From: a virus
DNA length: 64,000 nucleotides
Reading direction: 5' to 3' (one strand)
Virus record (IMG/VR): IMGVR_UViG_3300042332_001215
Location: 22,307-86,306 of that record
Part shown: positions 30,948 to 40,979 of the stretch, one piece after another
Position numbering within the stretch: position 1 is the stretch's first letter
Layout: every line of letters starts with the position of its first letter
Translations under genes and position numbers: made by a program
Notes under the pieces: model-generated
The model's input: the letters and a program-made list of their open reading frames with translations, nothing else
Databases searched by the model: none
Told to the model about the DNA's origin: nothing

Positions 30948-31163
30948 TCAAACTTCGTATATACGGCATTCAGGGGCGTCTGGATTTTCATCACAGAATA
31001 GTTCCAATGGACTTGGATTTTTAATTTTAGTTGGGTTATTTTCTTTATATTTTAATAGTGACTCAAGTTCGTTTTCCAGGAAACGACGACGCTGAGAATT
31101 TGTATTTGGATCACAAACCTCGTTACGATTTTTTTCTATGTGGTTGTCTAAAGTGTTATCCAT
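30948..31163 (-). CDS. cp12: CP12 Calvin-cycle inhibitor (cyanophage type)
   Basis: C-terminal PLELFCDENPDAPECRIYE is the CP12 C-terminal cysteine-pair motif. Confidence 0.88.
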   Translation of the reverse strand: MDNTLDNHIEKNRNEVCDPNTNSQRRRFLENELESLLKYKENNPTKIKNPSPLELFCDENPDAPECRIYEV

Positions 31164-32492
31164 TTAGAATGTTTCTCTAGTTTCTACGGAAATAGGATTA
31201 ATTTCATTGCCACCAAAAGAATCTCTAGTTAATGTTGCAATGGTTCTCAATTCAGTTCTATTTAGGATAGTATGCCTAATAGAATGTACTAGATACTTTC
31301 CACTTATTCTTTTATCTTCAACAACTTTATTTGTTTTATCTCTCTTGGGAGATGGAATAGAAACATTAATAACATTACCTGCTCTCAGTTTCAGATCTCC
31401 AGGAATAGCAACCTCCAGTTTATTATACTCCAAGAAATAATATCTGTATATAGATTTTTCAAAAGTCTTATTTACTTCATCAATATTATTTAAACTTTCA
31501 ATTTGAGATGATGACATTGGCTTCCAATTAAAAGTAGAAATAGTAGTAGGTCGGTATACTAATCTGGATGGGTTCTTTAAAAGATCTTCATTTGGAAATG
31601 GAGTCATATTTCCGAGATGAGTCATATCCTTCCAGTAGGTAGATGCATTTGTATTCCAATTCTGATAATTTCTATTATTGATATCCACATATAAAGCATT
31701 ATGAGAGAATGCACCATTCCTCAAGTCTTCAAAAATATCAAATGCTTTTGTTGAAGAATAATCCATGATTCTATAATTGTTAGAATCAGATCCTGTAGAA
31801 CTAGTATTTCCCTGAATAAATGTATACTTTGTATTCTTGTTTGGATATGGAGTTGTATCAAAGAGAACATCTAAAGATTTAAAATTATATCCATCTAGAG
31901 TTTCATAGAAAAGATATCCAACAGAATCTTTATACTTTGTTGATACAGATCTTCTAGACATCCATATAGCAGTATCAAATAATCTCCAATTCGTAACATA
32001 CATATCGAATGGATGTAGAGTGCTATCAACTCTACCTTCAAAAGTTTTATCGCTGATTAATTCTAGTTTTTCTTTTAGAAAATCTTCTGCTTTCTTTCCA
32101 TCTATTCTCTCACGAATTCTGGTATGTTCATTTATCAAAGCTTCTTTACTTACAGCATGAATGACATAGACCTGATTTTTTTCTTTCATCACTCTACCAT
32201 CAATCTTGTAGATGTAGAAGTTTAAATTGTAGTCTGCATAAGAAGTTGATATAATTAATTGAATTCTTTCCTGTCCAATTATAGGCAACTCTCCAATAAT
32301 ATTATTTCCAATATCTTGAATTACTAACTGACAATATAAACTTGTAGAAATAATACTTTCATTGATTGTAACTTCTTGTACTAATTGTTTTATATCAATA
32401 AACTTTCTATTGCCCGCAAGACCACCTTCGTCTTTTACGGGATACAATTTTACTTCTTTGAGAGAAAAATCTCCAGCAAAAAATTGATTCAT
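31164..32492 (-). CDS. Baseplate hub/tail protein (gp27-like)
   Basis: INESI...IIGQERI, GYLFYETLDGYNFKSLD, IPGDLKLRAGNVINV..P...ISGKYLVHSIRH; adjacent to gp5. Confidence 0.7.
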   Translation of the reverse strand: MNQFFAGDFSLKEVKLYPVKDEGGLAGNRKFIDIKQLVQEVTINESIISTSLYCQLVIQDIGNNIIGELPIIGQERIQLIISTSYADYNLNFYIYKIDGRVMKEKNQVYVIHAVSKEALINEHTRIRERIDGKKAEDFLKEKLELISDKTFEGRVDSTLHPFDMYVTNWRLFDTAIWMSRRSVSTKYKDSVGYLFYETLDGYNFKSLDVLFDTTPYPNKNTKYTFIQGNTSSTGSDSNNYRIMDYSSTKAFDIFEDLRNGAFSHNALYVDINNRNYQNWNTNASTYWKDMTHLGNMTPFPNEDLLKNPSRLVYRPTTISTFNWKPMSSSQIESLNNIDEVNKTFEKSIYRYYFLEYNKLEVAIPGDLKLRAGNVINVSIPSPKRDKTNKVVEDKRISGKYLVHSIRHTILNRTELRTIATLTRDSFGGNEINPISVETRETF

Positions 32493-35341
32493 TATAGTCT
32501 ACGCTGTCCTAAGTAAGATGAGCTATCTATGTGTGCAAATGATCCAACTGAATAGTCTGTCCTTTCTAGTGGAGTGACTACATTCAAATTGGAAATCATA
32601 GTATTTCCTTGGGGTATAATATATGTATCTGATAGAGCCACAGGAAGTTTGGATGCCTGAACAAAATCCATACTGCTTGAAGATAATTGTTCTGAATTAA
32701 CTTTTGGTGTAGATGGTAATAGAAGTTCCGCCAGCTGTTTTAATTGTGATCCAATATCAGTCCAAGATGGAGTGGAATCTTGTGTGGAAGTTTCTGCAGT
32801 TCTTGATTCTTGAGTTTGTGAAGGAGAATCTGATGGCCGAATTCCTTGTCCAACAAATTCAAAGTGGCCTCCATGATCTCTGGGACCACCATATGGAGCC
32901 CAATTCCAACCATACTTAGATCCATTTTTCTTTATCCATTCTTTGGAGGAATTATGAATATCCATTCCAATTCCATATAAATGTTTTGATCTAGTAGCAC
33001 CACCTTCACGGTTGTTTTTTGCGATACTTCTTTTGCTGCTTGCAATATCAGTTCCCTTAACTACTCCACCAGAATCTTTCATCATTTTTGCAAATGCAGA
33101 AGCAGCAGCTTGTGAAAACACTACTGGTCTACCTTGTTGATCTGATGCACCTTGAATTGTATATCCAGGTCCAGTATCGGGAACTCCCTGAGTTGCAACT
33201 ACTCCACCAGTTTGATATCTGTCTCTAAACCAGTTTCCTCCATCAGGTCTTCTTCTTCCACCTTTACCTTTATATCCAAGAAAATATTGAGCACCACCAA
33301 CAAACTTCTTTGCCGATTGAGATAAAGGACCATTTTTCTCAAAGTCTGCAAGAACTTGAGCAGCAACTTTAGGATTTCCAGCTTGGAATCTATTTGTTAG
33401 TTGTTGAATGCCATCTGGTTTTGCAGCCAAATCAAATAATTCCTTTTTAGTTAATCCAAGACCACCATATTTTGAATTTGCATTTTCATCCCCAGGGCTA
33501 CCGCCATGTAATGCTGCCGAATATGGAGTAAACTGTTCCTTGGCAGTAATTACTGCAGGAATCCCCCCACTTTGTCCTGCAGCCCTGTTTAAAATAACTT
33601 GATATACATCAGCAACATGCTGTGGTGCTGTAGCTTCCAGTGTTGCTAGATGGGCAGCAGCTCGTTTGTCTGCAGAAGATGCCTTAATAGCATCCAATTC
33701 TGCCGCAGTTAATGATTGATCTGCTCCAGCTCCTCCACCGCCGTCACCACCAGCTCCTCCACCAGCTCCTCCACCAGTATCGCCAGAACTAAAATCTAGA
33801 TTGATAAAATTGTTCAAGATATCTGCAAGAATTTCACGAACACTAGACCCACTGTTATATCTTTCTTTCTTTTCTTGCTCTTTTCTTTGAATAATATTCA
33901 GTGACAAATCGGATCCTATAATTTTATTTAATTCTTTATCAGTTGATTCAGATACCGATGAAGCTAATATTGAAGGTGACTTTCCAGATTGCTTAGCTAG
34001 ATCTGAAGTAAATGCATAATTAGTTTTTCCAAACTCTCTAGTATATGGAGATAGTAACTGTTGTGCAAATGGCCTAATTGCTATTCCAACTGGACCCATT
34101 GAATTGATCAGTGCATCTATTCCACCAATCATAGAAGACGCAATAATACCAAATGGAGCACTTAATATTCCACCATTGTAAATATGTCCAAGAGGAATTA
34201 CTGCCTCTGGTCCAGCCTCACCAATCAAAGCTCTAGTTGGTTTGGTGACAATACCACCAACTGCAAGTGCAGGTTCTTCTTTTTTGGAAACTGCACTCTT
34301 CATCCAATCATATAAATTTGAAGCTGCCCAATCTCCTACAATTCCACCCAAAGCTCCACCAACAATAGTTCCAGGACCAGGGAATACAGAACCAACAACT
34401 GCACCCAATCCCATTCCTAAAGTAGATCCAACAGTTTTGACAATTGCTTTGTCTATTGGATCACCTAATAATAAATTAATACCTAAATTGAGTAAAGGAC
34501 CTACTACAGGAATTCCAGCAACTGTCTTACTAGCTATTGCTTTTAATGGTCCACCTACAAGTTTTAATATTCCTCCAACTGCAGGTGCGGCAGCTTTAGC
34601 TAGAAACTTAAACCCTCCTTTACCAAATACTTTTAATACTGCTCGGACAAGTCCTTTAGCTAATCCTCTTTTAAAAATACTTGTAGTTTTAGTTAGACCT
34701 TGTGCAAGATTAGCAGCTCCTTCTTTAATGCCAGATTTTTTGAAGGCATTAAATATTTCTCCTATCTTGTCGCCATTTTTAATTACAAATTTTAAATCTT
34801 TAATTAATTTTAAAGGATTTAGTAAATATCGTAATCCAAAAAATCCTACAATAGCAGAAAATAGTCCGAGGATTCTTTCTAATATTGAACCTCCAAACAC
34901 CAGACTATGTACACCATTTAATAAATTATTAACTGAGCCAGTTGCAAACCAGTCTATAAATTTAAATACTCCAGATAAACCTTTGACTATAGCTTGAACT
35001 TTCTTTAAATTTTCAGGATCTCCTAGCCACATTAAAGCTTTCAATTTAATGAAAGTCATTAATAAATTTATTATTGTTGTAGACGCTACATCTTGACCCT
35101 TTTTAATTAGTTTAGATTCTCTGGGTTTTTTCTTTTTTGCTTCCTGATTTTTTTCCCTATCTAAAATTGTTTGCCTGGTGGAAAATTTATCTTTGGTTTC
35201 TTGATATTTCTTTTCTAATTTTAATCTATCTTTTTTAAACTTGAGTAGAGTTATTGACGCACTACGAATTTTGGTAAGCTCCTGAAGTCGCTTACCTTGA
35301 GTTAAAAATGCACCTGTTTTAATTGAAGTGAATGTCTGCAT
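32492..35341 (-). CDS. Tape-measure-like virion protein with SleB/Hydrolase_2-like and M15 peptidase-like domains
   Basis: Helical/Gly-rich N-half, ALIGEAGPEAVIPL motif; LEA...VYQVILNR...VIT...QFTPY (SleB-like); SSKRS...SKHLYGIGMDI...W...GSKYGW...HFEF (M15-like). Confidence 0.65.
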   Translation of the reverse strand: MQTFTSIKTGAFLTQGKRLQELTKIRSASITLLKFKKDRLKLEKKYQETKDKFSTRQTILDREKNQEAKKKKPRESKLIKKGQDVASTTIINLLMTFIKLKALMWLGDPENLKKVQAIVKGLSGVFKFIDWFATGSVNNLLNGVHSLVFGGSILERILGLFSAIVGFFGLRYLLNPLKLIKDLKFVIKNGDKIGEIFNAFKKSGIKEGAANLAQGLTKTTSIFKRGLAKGLVRAVLKVFGKGGFKFLAKAAAPAVGGILKLVGGPLKAIASKTVAGIPVVGPLLNLGINLLLGDPIDKAIVKTVGSTLGMGLGAVVGSVFPGPGTIVGGALGGIVGDWAASNLYDWMKSAVSKKEEPALAVGGIVTKPTRALIGEAGPEAVIPLGHIYNGGILSAPFGIIASSMIGGIDALINSMGPVGIAIRPFAQQLLSPYTREFGKTNYAFTSDLAKQSGKSPSILASSVSESTDKELNKIIGSDLSLNIIQRKEQEKKERYNSGSSVREILADILNNFINLDFSSGDTGGGAGGGAGGDGGGGAGADQSLTAAELDAIKASSADKRAAAHLATLEATAPQHVADVYQVILNRAAGQSGGIPAVITAKEQFTPYSAALHGGSPGDENANSKYGGLGLTKKELFDLAAKPDGIQQLTNRFQAGNPKVAAQVLADFEKNGPLSQSAKKFVGGAQYFLGYKGKGGRRRPDGGNWFRDRYQTGGVVATQGVPDTGPGYTIQGASDQQGRPVVFSQAAASAFAKMMKDSGGVVKGTDIASSKRSIAKNNREGGATRSKHLYGIGMDIHNSSKEWIKKNGSKYGWNWAPYGGPRDHGGHFEFVGQGIRPSDSPSQTQESRTAETSTQDSTPSWTDIGSQLKQLAELLLPSTPKVNSEQLSSSSMDFVQASKLPVALSDTYIIPQGNTMISNLNVVTPLERTDYSVGSFAHIDSSSYLGQRRL

Positions 35342-35342
35342 T

Positions 35343-38300
35343 TTATGGTGCTAGTGGATAGGTTGCTAGTGGAATTGGTGGAGTTGTTCCTCCCAATGTT
35401 TGTGACATTGGTTGAGTTGATGATTCAGTTATAGTTTTGTTTGGAGAAGGTAATGTAATTACATTACCACCAGTAGATCCAGCAGATCTGCGTTGAGCTT
35501 GAATATTTGAATTTTCTTTTTGTGCTGCCTGTAATTGTTGAGATCTAGCTGGAACAGATCCAGTAACTTGTGCTGCTGGTAGTTGTGTAGGAGCTGGAGC
35601 TGGAGCTGGAGTTGCAGAAGCTCCAGTCAACATTTTAGTTAAGTCTGCAAGATGGGGAATTATTGATGTCAAAGTAGGTTCTGATGTAGAGCCTGAAGAT
35701 GATGATGATGTCGATGTATCCGCTCCAGGTCCTACTTCCCCAGATGCACCTAAACGAATTCCAGCAGCAAATGTTTGGCCTCCAGAACTTGTGTACATAC
35801 TAGCTTTTCTAAATCCAGCAGTTCTACCATGATGCCATAAATCATTTCCTTCTCCTTTAATTCCTACATGAGTAATAGCACCTGCAGGATATCCATTTCC
35901 ACCTTTCCACAAAACAACATCTCCAGCTTGAAGATTGGATGCTTGTTTAACCACTGCTCCCATATCACTCCCAGCAAAAGAAGCTGCATATCTTACTCCG
36001 TTATATTTTGTTCCCTCAGAATCTAGGTCTCCTTTCTGAGTAACTTTTCCTGCAGCAGGATGTCCAGCAGCTCTCAATGCAGCTCTAGTTGTTACTGCAC
36101 ACATGTCTCCCTGACCTTTACCCATACCAACTATTTTTTTAGCACCTTCTAATATCGCAGCTCCTCCAATTTGAAACTTTGTTCTTGGTCTTCCATCTCC
36201 ACTAGCTTTATTTTCGTTCCTTGTAATTTGAGACATTTTTGAAGAACCAAATCTAGGGAACATTCCAAAATTAATTTTATCTAATTCTTTTGCTCCCCCC
36301 ATACCTGCAACTGCATTTCTATTCAATACATATTCATTATTTTCCAATACTGCAGGATACTTGTCTCCAATCCCAGAACCATGTACATTCCCTCCACCAA
36401 TAATAAACTTTGCAGGTTCCCCATATTTTCCATTCTGTGGAGTCTCCCATGCATCCTTTGTATCAGTTCCCCTTCCACTCACTCCTTTAGATTTTAAAAT
36501 CTTATTCATCTGATAATTATACATTCCAACTGCAGTTTGATCTCCACCAAACATTCCCTTCAGAATTTTGACCTCTCCACTTGAAGGTATTCTAACTAAT
36601 GTGCCACCTAGAGTTTTAGAATCAAATAATCTGTTTGTAGTAATGTCAGTTAATGGATCTCCTGGTTTTTCCCATCTAAATACATCTCCATGAGAATTAT
36701 ACCAGTATTTCTTGTTTCCGTTGATGACTGGTTTTAATCCTGCCCCTGGAGAATGTTCTTCTATAGTTCCCCCTCCACGAGTATTTGATACTACTTGAGT
36801 AGTTCCTTGAACTCCCTTGAGAGTTCCATCTTCTCTAAATCCACCTACTTTTCCAATAGATTGTTTTGCAGTATCTACTGGTGCAGCTGCTCCGTTTCCA
36901 TTTCCAGATGCAGAAGGAGAACCAGTGGCTCCAGGATTTCCAGATGCAGCAGGTGAAGTATTAGTTGATTGAGTATTACTTGAAGCATTCTTGCTAATTA
37001 ATGCACTTAGAATATCTCCAAGTAATCCTCTAACAGAAGTATCTCCAGATGGTTTAAACTCATCAGCTTTTGATTTTGTAATTTTTGGTTCTTCCATTCC
37101 AAATACTTCTTTCACTGCAGACATTCCTTGCCCCACAGATTTAACTGCAGTTTCAGCAAAATTTGTCATTCCTTTTACCAGTGAGGGAGGAATACCAAAC
37201 ATTGAAGCCACATTAGAAATCAATGGCATCAGCATGGGGCCAATCCCAGGAATTTTAGATACACTGGAAGATATTAAAGCTACAATTCCAGCACCTACAA
37301 TTTTAAATGGAAGAGTAAGTAATTTTATAAAACTTGGAATTTGTTTATCTACTCGACCTTTAAACTCATTAACTCCAAAAGATCCAAGTTTATCTAATGG
37401 AAGAATAGCTTCTGGTCCGGCTTCCCCAACAATAGCTTCAGTTGGTTTAGTAACAATTCCTCCCTTTGCAAGCATTGGAAGACCTTGATCCTTTGCAATA
37501 TCTCTTCCAATTAAAGCTGCATCAATTCCAAGAGATGCCGCAGTTCCCCATCCAGGAACTAATGATGCAACTCCTGATAATACTTCTCCACCAGCACCAA
37601 GCCAATCTCCTTTGGATGCTCGATCAGCTGCAAAAAATGCACTTGAAACTGCACCAATTACAGGAAGTGCTTTTAATAAAGATTTACCAGTAATCTTAGC
37701 TCCTCCTTTAGCAGCAGCTCCAGCACCTCTAACAGCAGCACCAGCACCTTCAGTAGCAGCTCCAGCACCTCTAGCAGCAGCTCCCGCACCTCTAGCAGCA
37801 GCTCCAGCACCCTCAGTAGCAGCCCCAGCGCCTTCAGCAGCAGCTCCAGCACCTGCTGAAATCTGTCTACCAGCTTGAGATAAAGCCTCATCTGCAGCTT
37901 CTCCTGCTGCCTTAGGAATCAAATTAGAAAAGAAATTAATTACACCATTAATTGCGTTTGGAATTACCTTTGTAAAAAGGTTTCCAATCATTTTAATATC
38001 TGAAATAATTTTAGTTGGATTCAGTAACCATTTTAAAGTGAAGAATCCAACTACAGCTTCAAGAAATCCAAATACTCTAGTTACACCTTCTCCGCCAACT
38101 AGTTTAGATAATCCACTAAACAATTTATCAATTCCAAACCCAACTATGGCATTTAGAAATTTAAATATATTCCCAAAAAGATTGACAAAATCTTGAATTT
38201 TTTTTACATTCTCTGGATTTCCTGCCCACTCAAGAAATTTATATGCAATGAATGTTTTTATTAAGCCTTGGAAAAAATTTCCTATGCCTTCAAGAGTTTT

Positions 38301-38654
38301 AGCCCCTTGCTTAACTATAGGATTTTTTGATTCATTTTTTCTATTTCTATCTGGTCTTCTTTCTTGCTGAGCTTCTTCATCTCTTGCCTGCTTTTTCTGT
38401 TCAGACAAAACAAATTCTTTGATGGAATCTGTGACCATCTCGTAATGTCTTTTCTCAAGAGTAACGAGAGTTTCAAGTGCTCTTCTAATATAACTTAATT
38501 CTTTTACTTCTTTAATTGCAGTTGCTTTTTCAGCAACCTCACTCCTTAGTGGTTTTCTTGCACCAGAAACAGTCCCACCAAACTTAGTTGGGTCTACGAA
38601 AGATGATACTTTCTGTGTGGGAGATTTCTTTAAACTAAAGAGTGAGATTGCCAT
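35343..38654 (-). CDS. Tape-measure-like virion protein with C-terminal NlpC/P60-CHAP-like domain
   Basis: Paralogous N-half to the neighbour (IVGEAGPEAILPL); C-terminal DMCAVTT...LQAGDVVLW...ITHVGI (Cys/His dyad); directly downstream of gp26/gp51. Confidence 0.65.
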   Translation of the reverse strand: MAISLFSLKKSPTQKVSSFVDPTKFGGTVSGARKPLRSEVAEKATAIKEVKELSYIRRALETLVTLEKRHYEMVTDSIKEFVLSEQKKQARDEEAQQERRPDRNRKNESKNPIVKQGAKTLEGIGNFFQGLIKTFIAYKFLEWAGNPENVKKIQDFVNLFGNIFKFLNAIVGFGIDKLFSGLSKLVGGEGVTRVFGFLEAVVGFFTLKWLLNPTKIISDIKMIGNLFTKVIPNAINGVINFFSNLIPKAAGEAADEALSQAGRQISAGAGAAAEGAGAATEGAGAAARGAGAAARGAGAATEGAGAAVRGAGAAAKGGAKITGKSLLKALPVIGAVSSAFFAADRASKGDWLGAGGEVLSGVASLVPGWGTAASLGIDAALIGRDIAKDQGLPMLAKGGIVTKPTEAIVGEAGPEAILPLDKLGSFGVNEFKGRVDKQIPSFIKLLTLPFKIVGAGIVALISSSVSKIPGIGPMLMPLISNVASMFGIPPSLVKGMTNFAETAVKSVGQGMSAVKEVFGMEEPKITKSKADEFKPSGDTSVRGLLGDILSALISKNASSNTQSTNTSPAASGNPGATGSPSASGNGNGAAAPVDTAKQSIGKVGGFREDGTLKGVQGTTQVVSNTRGGGTIEEHSPGAGLKPVINGNKKYWYNSHGDVFRWEKPGDPLTDITTNRLFDSKTLGGTLVRIPSSGEVKILKGMFGGDQTAVGMYNYQMNKILKSKGVSGRGTDTKDAWETPQNGKYGEPAKFIIGGGNVHGSGIGDKYPAVLENNEYVLNRNAVAGMGGAKELDKINFGMFPRFGSSKMSQITRNENKASGDGRPRTKFQIGGAAILEGAKKIVGMGKGQGDMCAVTTRAALRAAGHPAAGKVTQKGDLDSEGTKYNGVRYAASFAGSDMGAVVKQASNLQAGDVVLWKGGNGYPAGAITHVGIKGEGNDLWHHGRTAGFRKASMYTSSGGQTFAAGIRLGASGEVGPGADTSTSSSSSGSTSEPTLTSIIPHLADLTKMLTGASATPAPAPAPTQLPAAQVTGSVPARSQQLQAAQKENSNIQAQRRSAGSTGGNVITLPSPNKTITESSTQPMSQTLGGTTPPIPLATYPLAP
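37707..37853 (-). repeat. In-frame tandem repeat, 7 x 21 bp (GAGAA[A/T/V][E/R/K])
   Basis: 147 bp of agcagcagctccagcacct-type units. Confidence 0.9.
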
Positions 38655-38657
38655 TTA

Positions 38658-38852
38658 TTAAAGCGGCTGTGAAGTTTTATTCCGATTATTTTCTTCTTCA
38701 ATAAAGTCAATTAACATTTGAATGTAAATATCTCGTTCCCAAGGAAGCATTATTTCAACCTCAGTCAATGACCACTTATGGTGTTGCAATAATATAAAGT
38801 TAGTCCGAAAATAATTTTCTAGCGTTTGGTGAGCTAGAGCTATGCGAAAAAA
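38658..38852 (-). CDS. gp51: gp51-like baseplate hub assembly protein; no canonical start, probably the -1 frameshift extension of gp26
   Basis: Manually translated ...FFRIALAHQTLENYFRTNFILLQHHKWSLTEVEIMLPWERDIYIQMLIDFIEEEN...*, matching the gp51-like LENY.RTNF...HHK.SLTE...M.PWERDIY motif. Confidence 0.75.
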   Translation of the reverse strand, partial: FFRIALAHQTLENYFRTNFILLQHHKWSLTEVEIMLPWERDIYIQMLIDFIEEENNRNKTSQPL

Positions 38853-39550
38853 GATGCAAGACCCTCAATAACAACTTCATTTTCCTTCTTTGTATTTGGA
38901 TTCATAATAGTTACAGTATGACTCAGTTTAGGCATAGTCTCAAAGAACTTCTGAACTTTCAAGAATTGACTGGTATCAAGACTATCCAAAAATTCATCAA
39001 TCTCTTTTTTACTAAAGCTCTTAACTTCAAATACATCTTCGCCTTCAATAACTTGATCAATGCAGGAAGTAGCAAGATCAAATACATCTTCAGATTTCAT
39101 GTTTCCAGTAAAATTATTCTGGACAAACATTTCCATACTTGGATATTTCATAACCAAAGAAATAGAATCAGTAAGTGAAATAATTCTTTCATGATCATCT
39201 GACTTCTTAATTTGAATATCTTCAACATTAAGAGTAACTGGAACTGCAGTCTCACCATCATCTGGACAAGTAATATTCAGTTCGATTTCTTCCCCAACTG
39301 ATTTAGCACGAATATTCAGAAACAAATATTCAATATCAAAAACAGCTAGGTCATCAACTTTTAATTTAGTTTGAATGCAATTTTTCAAAATAGCTTTGAC
39401 TGCATTGATCATCTGTTTTTCATCTTCAGATTCCATAGCAAGGAGAAGAATTTTTTCTTCTTTAACTAGGAATGGACGATACTTAATTTTTTGACCAGTT
39501 GAAGGAAGTTCCAACTCATATGTCGGTGCAACTAATTTAGGTAAAGGCAT
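38840..39550 (-). CDS. gp26: Baseplate hub subunit/assembly protein gp26
   Basis: MPLPKL..PTYELELPSTG.KIKYRPFLVKEEKILLLA...FDIEYLFLNIRAKSVGE...EGLASFF. Confidence 0.9.
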   Translation of the reverse strand: MPLPKLVAPTYELELPSTGQKIKYRPFLVKEEKILLLAMESEDEKQMINAVKAILKNCIQTKLKVDDLAVFDIEYLFLNIRAKSVGEEIELNITCPDDGETAVPVTLNVEDIQIKKSDDHERIISLTDSISLVMKYPSMEMFVQNNFTGNMKSEDVFDLATSCIDQVIEGEDVFEVKSFSKKEIDEFLDSLDTSQFLKVQKFFETMPKLSHTVTIMNPNTKKENEVVIEGLASFFA

Positions 39551-39582
39551 ATTAAATTATAATATAATTTTGAATTATTTAG

Positions 39583-40437
39583 TTAATCAACAACAGTACG
39601 CCATTCACTACTAGCTTTAACACTTCCTCCAGTTTGAGATGCAGGGACTGCCATATCATATTCAAAGGTAACTTGAATTTTGACTAATTGAGAAGATCCA
39701 CTACTCAAAGGAATAGCAGAGATAGTAGTTGGAAATGCGTTTTTTAATCTTACCGAATACTTCTGGATTGCTTGACCAAAACCAGATTCTACAATATCAA
39801 ATTTAGAAAGGTCAGTTCCAGGAAAAATACTACTGATAGGAACTTGTTTAAATGCTTTTGGTTTATTTGGATCTGATAAATCTCTTATAGAATTTTGCTT
39901 ACTACTAGAAAATCTTTCCAATTTTATTACCACAATATCCAAAGTATAATCATCTTTATATCTTGTTCTTCCTAGGTCATTTATAGCATTAATGTTTGGA
40001 CCTCTTCTATTTACAGTATTAGATGATACTCCACTATAAATGTAGTTACCCCATGAATCAAATATCTGTCGTATCTCAGAATCTGCATCCGAGATAAAAG
40101 ACATTGTAATTTCATTATTTACAATTCCATATGCATATTTCATATTAGGACTATTTGTAATTCTAAAGTCTCCAGTAGAAATTGAATATCCTGGAATTGT
40201 ACACTCATCTGCATATAATCTTAGTAGATTAGTAAGAGAATAAGGTGAGTTTAAATTATTAGAATAGTTTCTAGTAAATACACTTGTCAAAAAACTAGAA
40301 CCTGAGTTTCCAATTAGAAACTGAACATCATAAAAATTTGTTAGCGAGAAGCCGTACTTTGCTACATGAGATCTAAATTGTTGAAAATTATTAATGTCTC
40401 TATTGATAATATCACTCATCTTTTTGAATCTCCCCAA
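39583..40437 (-). CDS. Baseplate tail-tube initiator (gp54/gp19-like fold)
   Basis: ADECTIPG, IRQIFDSW, LKNAFPTTISAIPLS...IQVTFEY tube-family motifs; position between gp2 and gp26. Confidence 0.65.
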   Translation of the reverse strand: MGRFKKMSDIINRDINNFQQFRSHVAKYGFSLTNFYDVQFLIGNSGSSFLTSVFTRNYSNNLNSPYSLTNLLRLYADECTIPGYSISTGDFRITNSPNMKYAYGIVNNEITMSFISDADSEIRQIFDSWGNYIYSGVSSNTVNRRGPNINAINDLGRTRYKDDYTLDIVVIKLERFSSSKQNSIRDLSDPNKPKAFKQVPISSIFPGTDLSKFDIVESGFGQAIQKYSVRLKNAFPTTISAIPLSSGSSQLVKIQVTFEYDMAVPASQTGGSVKASSEWRTVVD

Positions 40438-40979
40438 ACATAGGATTTACTTACTTGCTTATATGATCCTCTTTGCCTACTAACAAAACTTTCCAATGGC
40501 AGGAAGATAGATTTTATCCAATCTTCACTATTTATTTTAAATAATGGTGTTTCAAGACCTTCATAAACATAATTATGAAAGCACTGTTTAGGAATTGTTG
40601 GTCGTCCATCTATAATACTTTGTAATACTTTATACCTAGTAGGATAATTTAGATAATGAAGATTTGCTCCGAAAAATTTTCGCCCCCCTTGTAACATATA
40701 GACTAAAGGAAACTCATCATAATACGGAAGTTTCTTTGCCCATGTTGCATTGTATTCAAACAGATATAGATTTCCTCCAGATGGAATTAAAGTTTCATCT
40801 AGAGTAACCAGAGTCTTATAGATATCATTTTTTCTCGCTATTTCAGCAACAGTATCCTTATACCAGCTATAAGATAATGTATAAAAACCTTTTTGTTTTT
40901 TCTTTGCTATCTCATCTACTTGTTCAAATATACTGAGATTTGAATCTCTTTTTGTTCTAGCCGATACTTCTCTTCTCAT
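40416..40979 (-). CDS. gp2: DNA end protector protein gp2-like
   Basis: LYLFEYNA...LPYYDEFPLV...FFGANLHYL...DW...FLPLESF. Confidence 0.8.
   Translation of the reverse strand: MRREVSARTKRDSNLSIFEQVDEIAKKKQKGFYTLSYSWYKDTVAEIARKNDIYKTLVTLDETLIPSGGNLYLFEYNATWAKKLPYYDEFPLVYMLQGGRKFFGANLHYLNYPTRYKVLQSIIDGRPTIPKQCFHNYVYEGLETPLFKINSEDWIKSIFLPLESFVSRQRGSYKQVSKSYVWGDSKR

Noticed and set aside
30948-31163. CP12, speD, phoH, thyX, petF and hli as novel auxiliary genes
   Set aside because: All are well-documented cyanomyovirus genes; listed as features only.
34242-37878. Long plus-strand ORFs (251, 165, 88 aa) and similar ORFs opposite the fibre genes
   Set aside because: Antisense shadows of Gly/Ala-rich minus-strand genes; no RBS or motif support.
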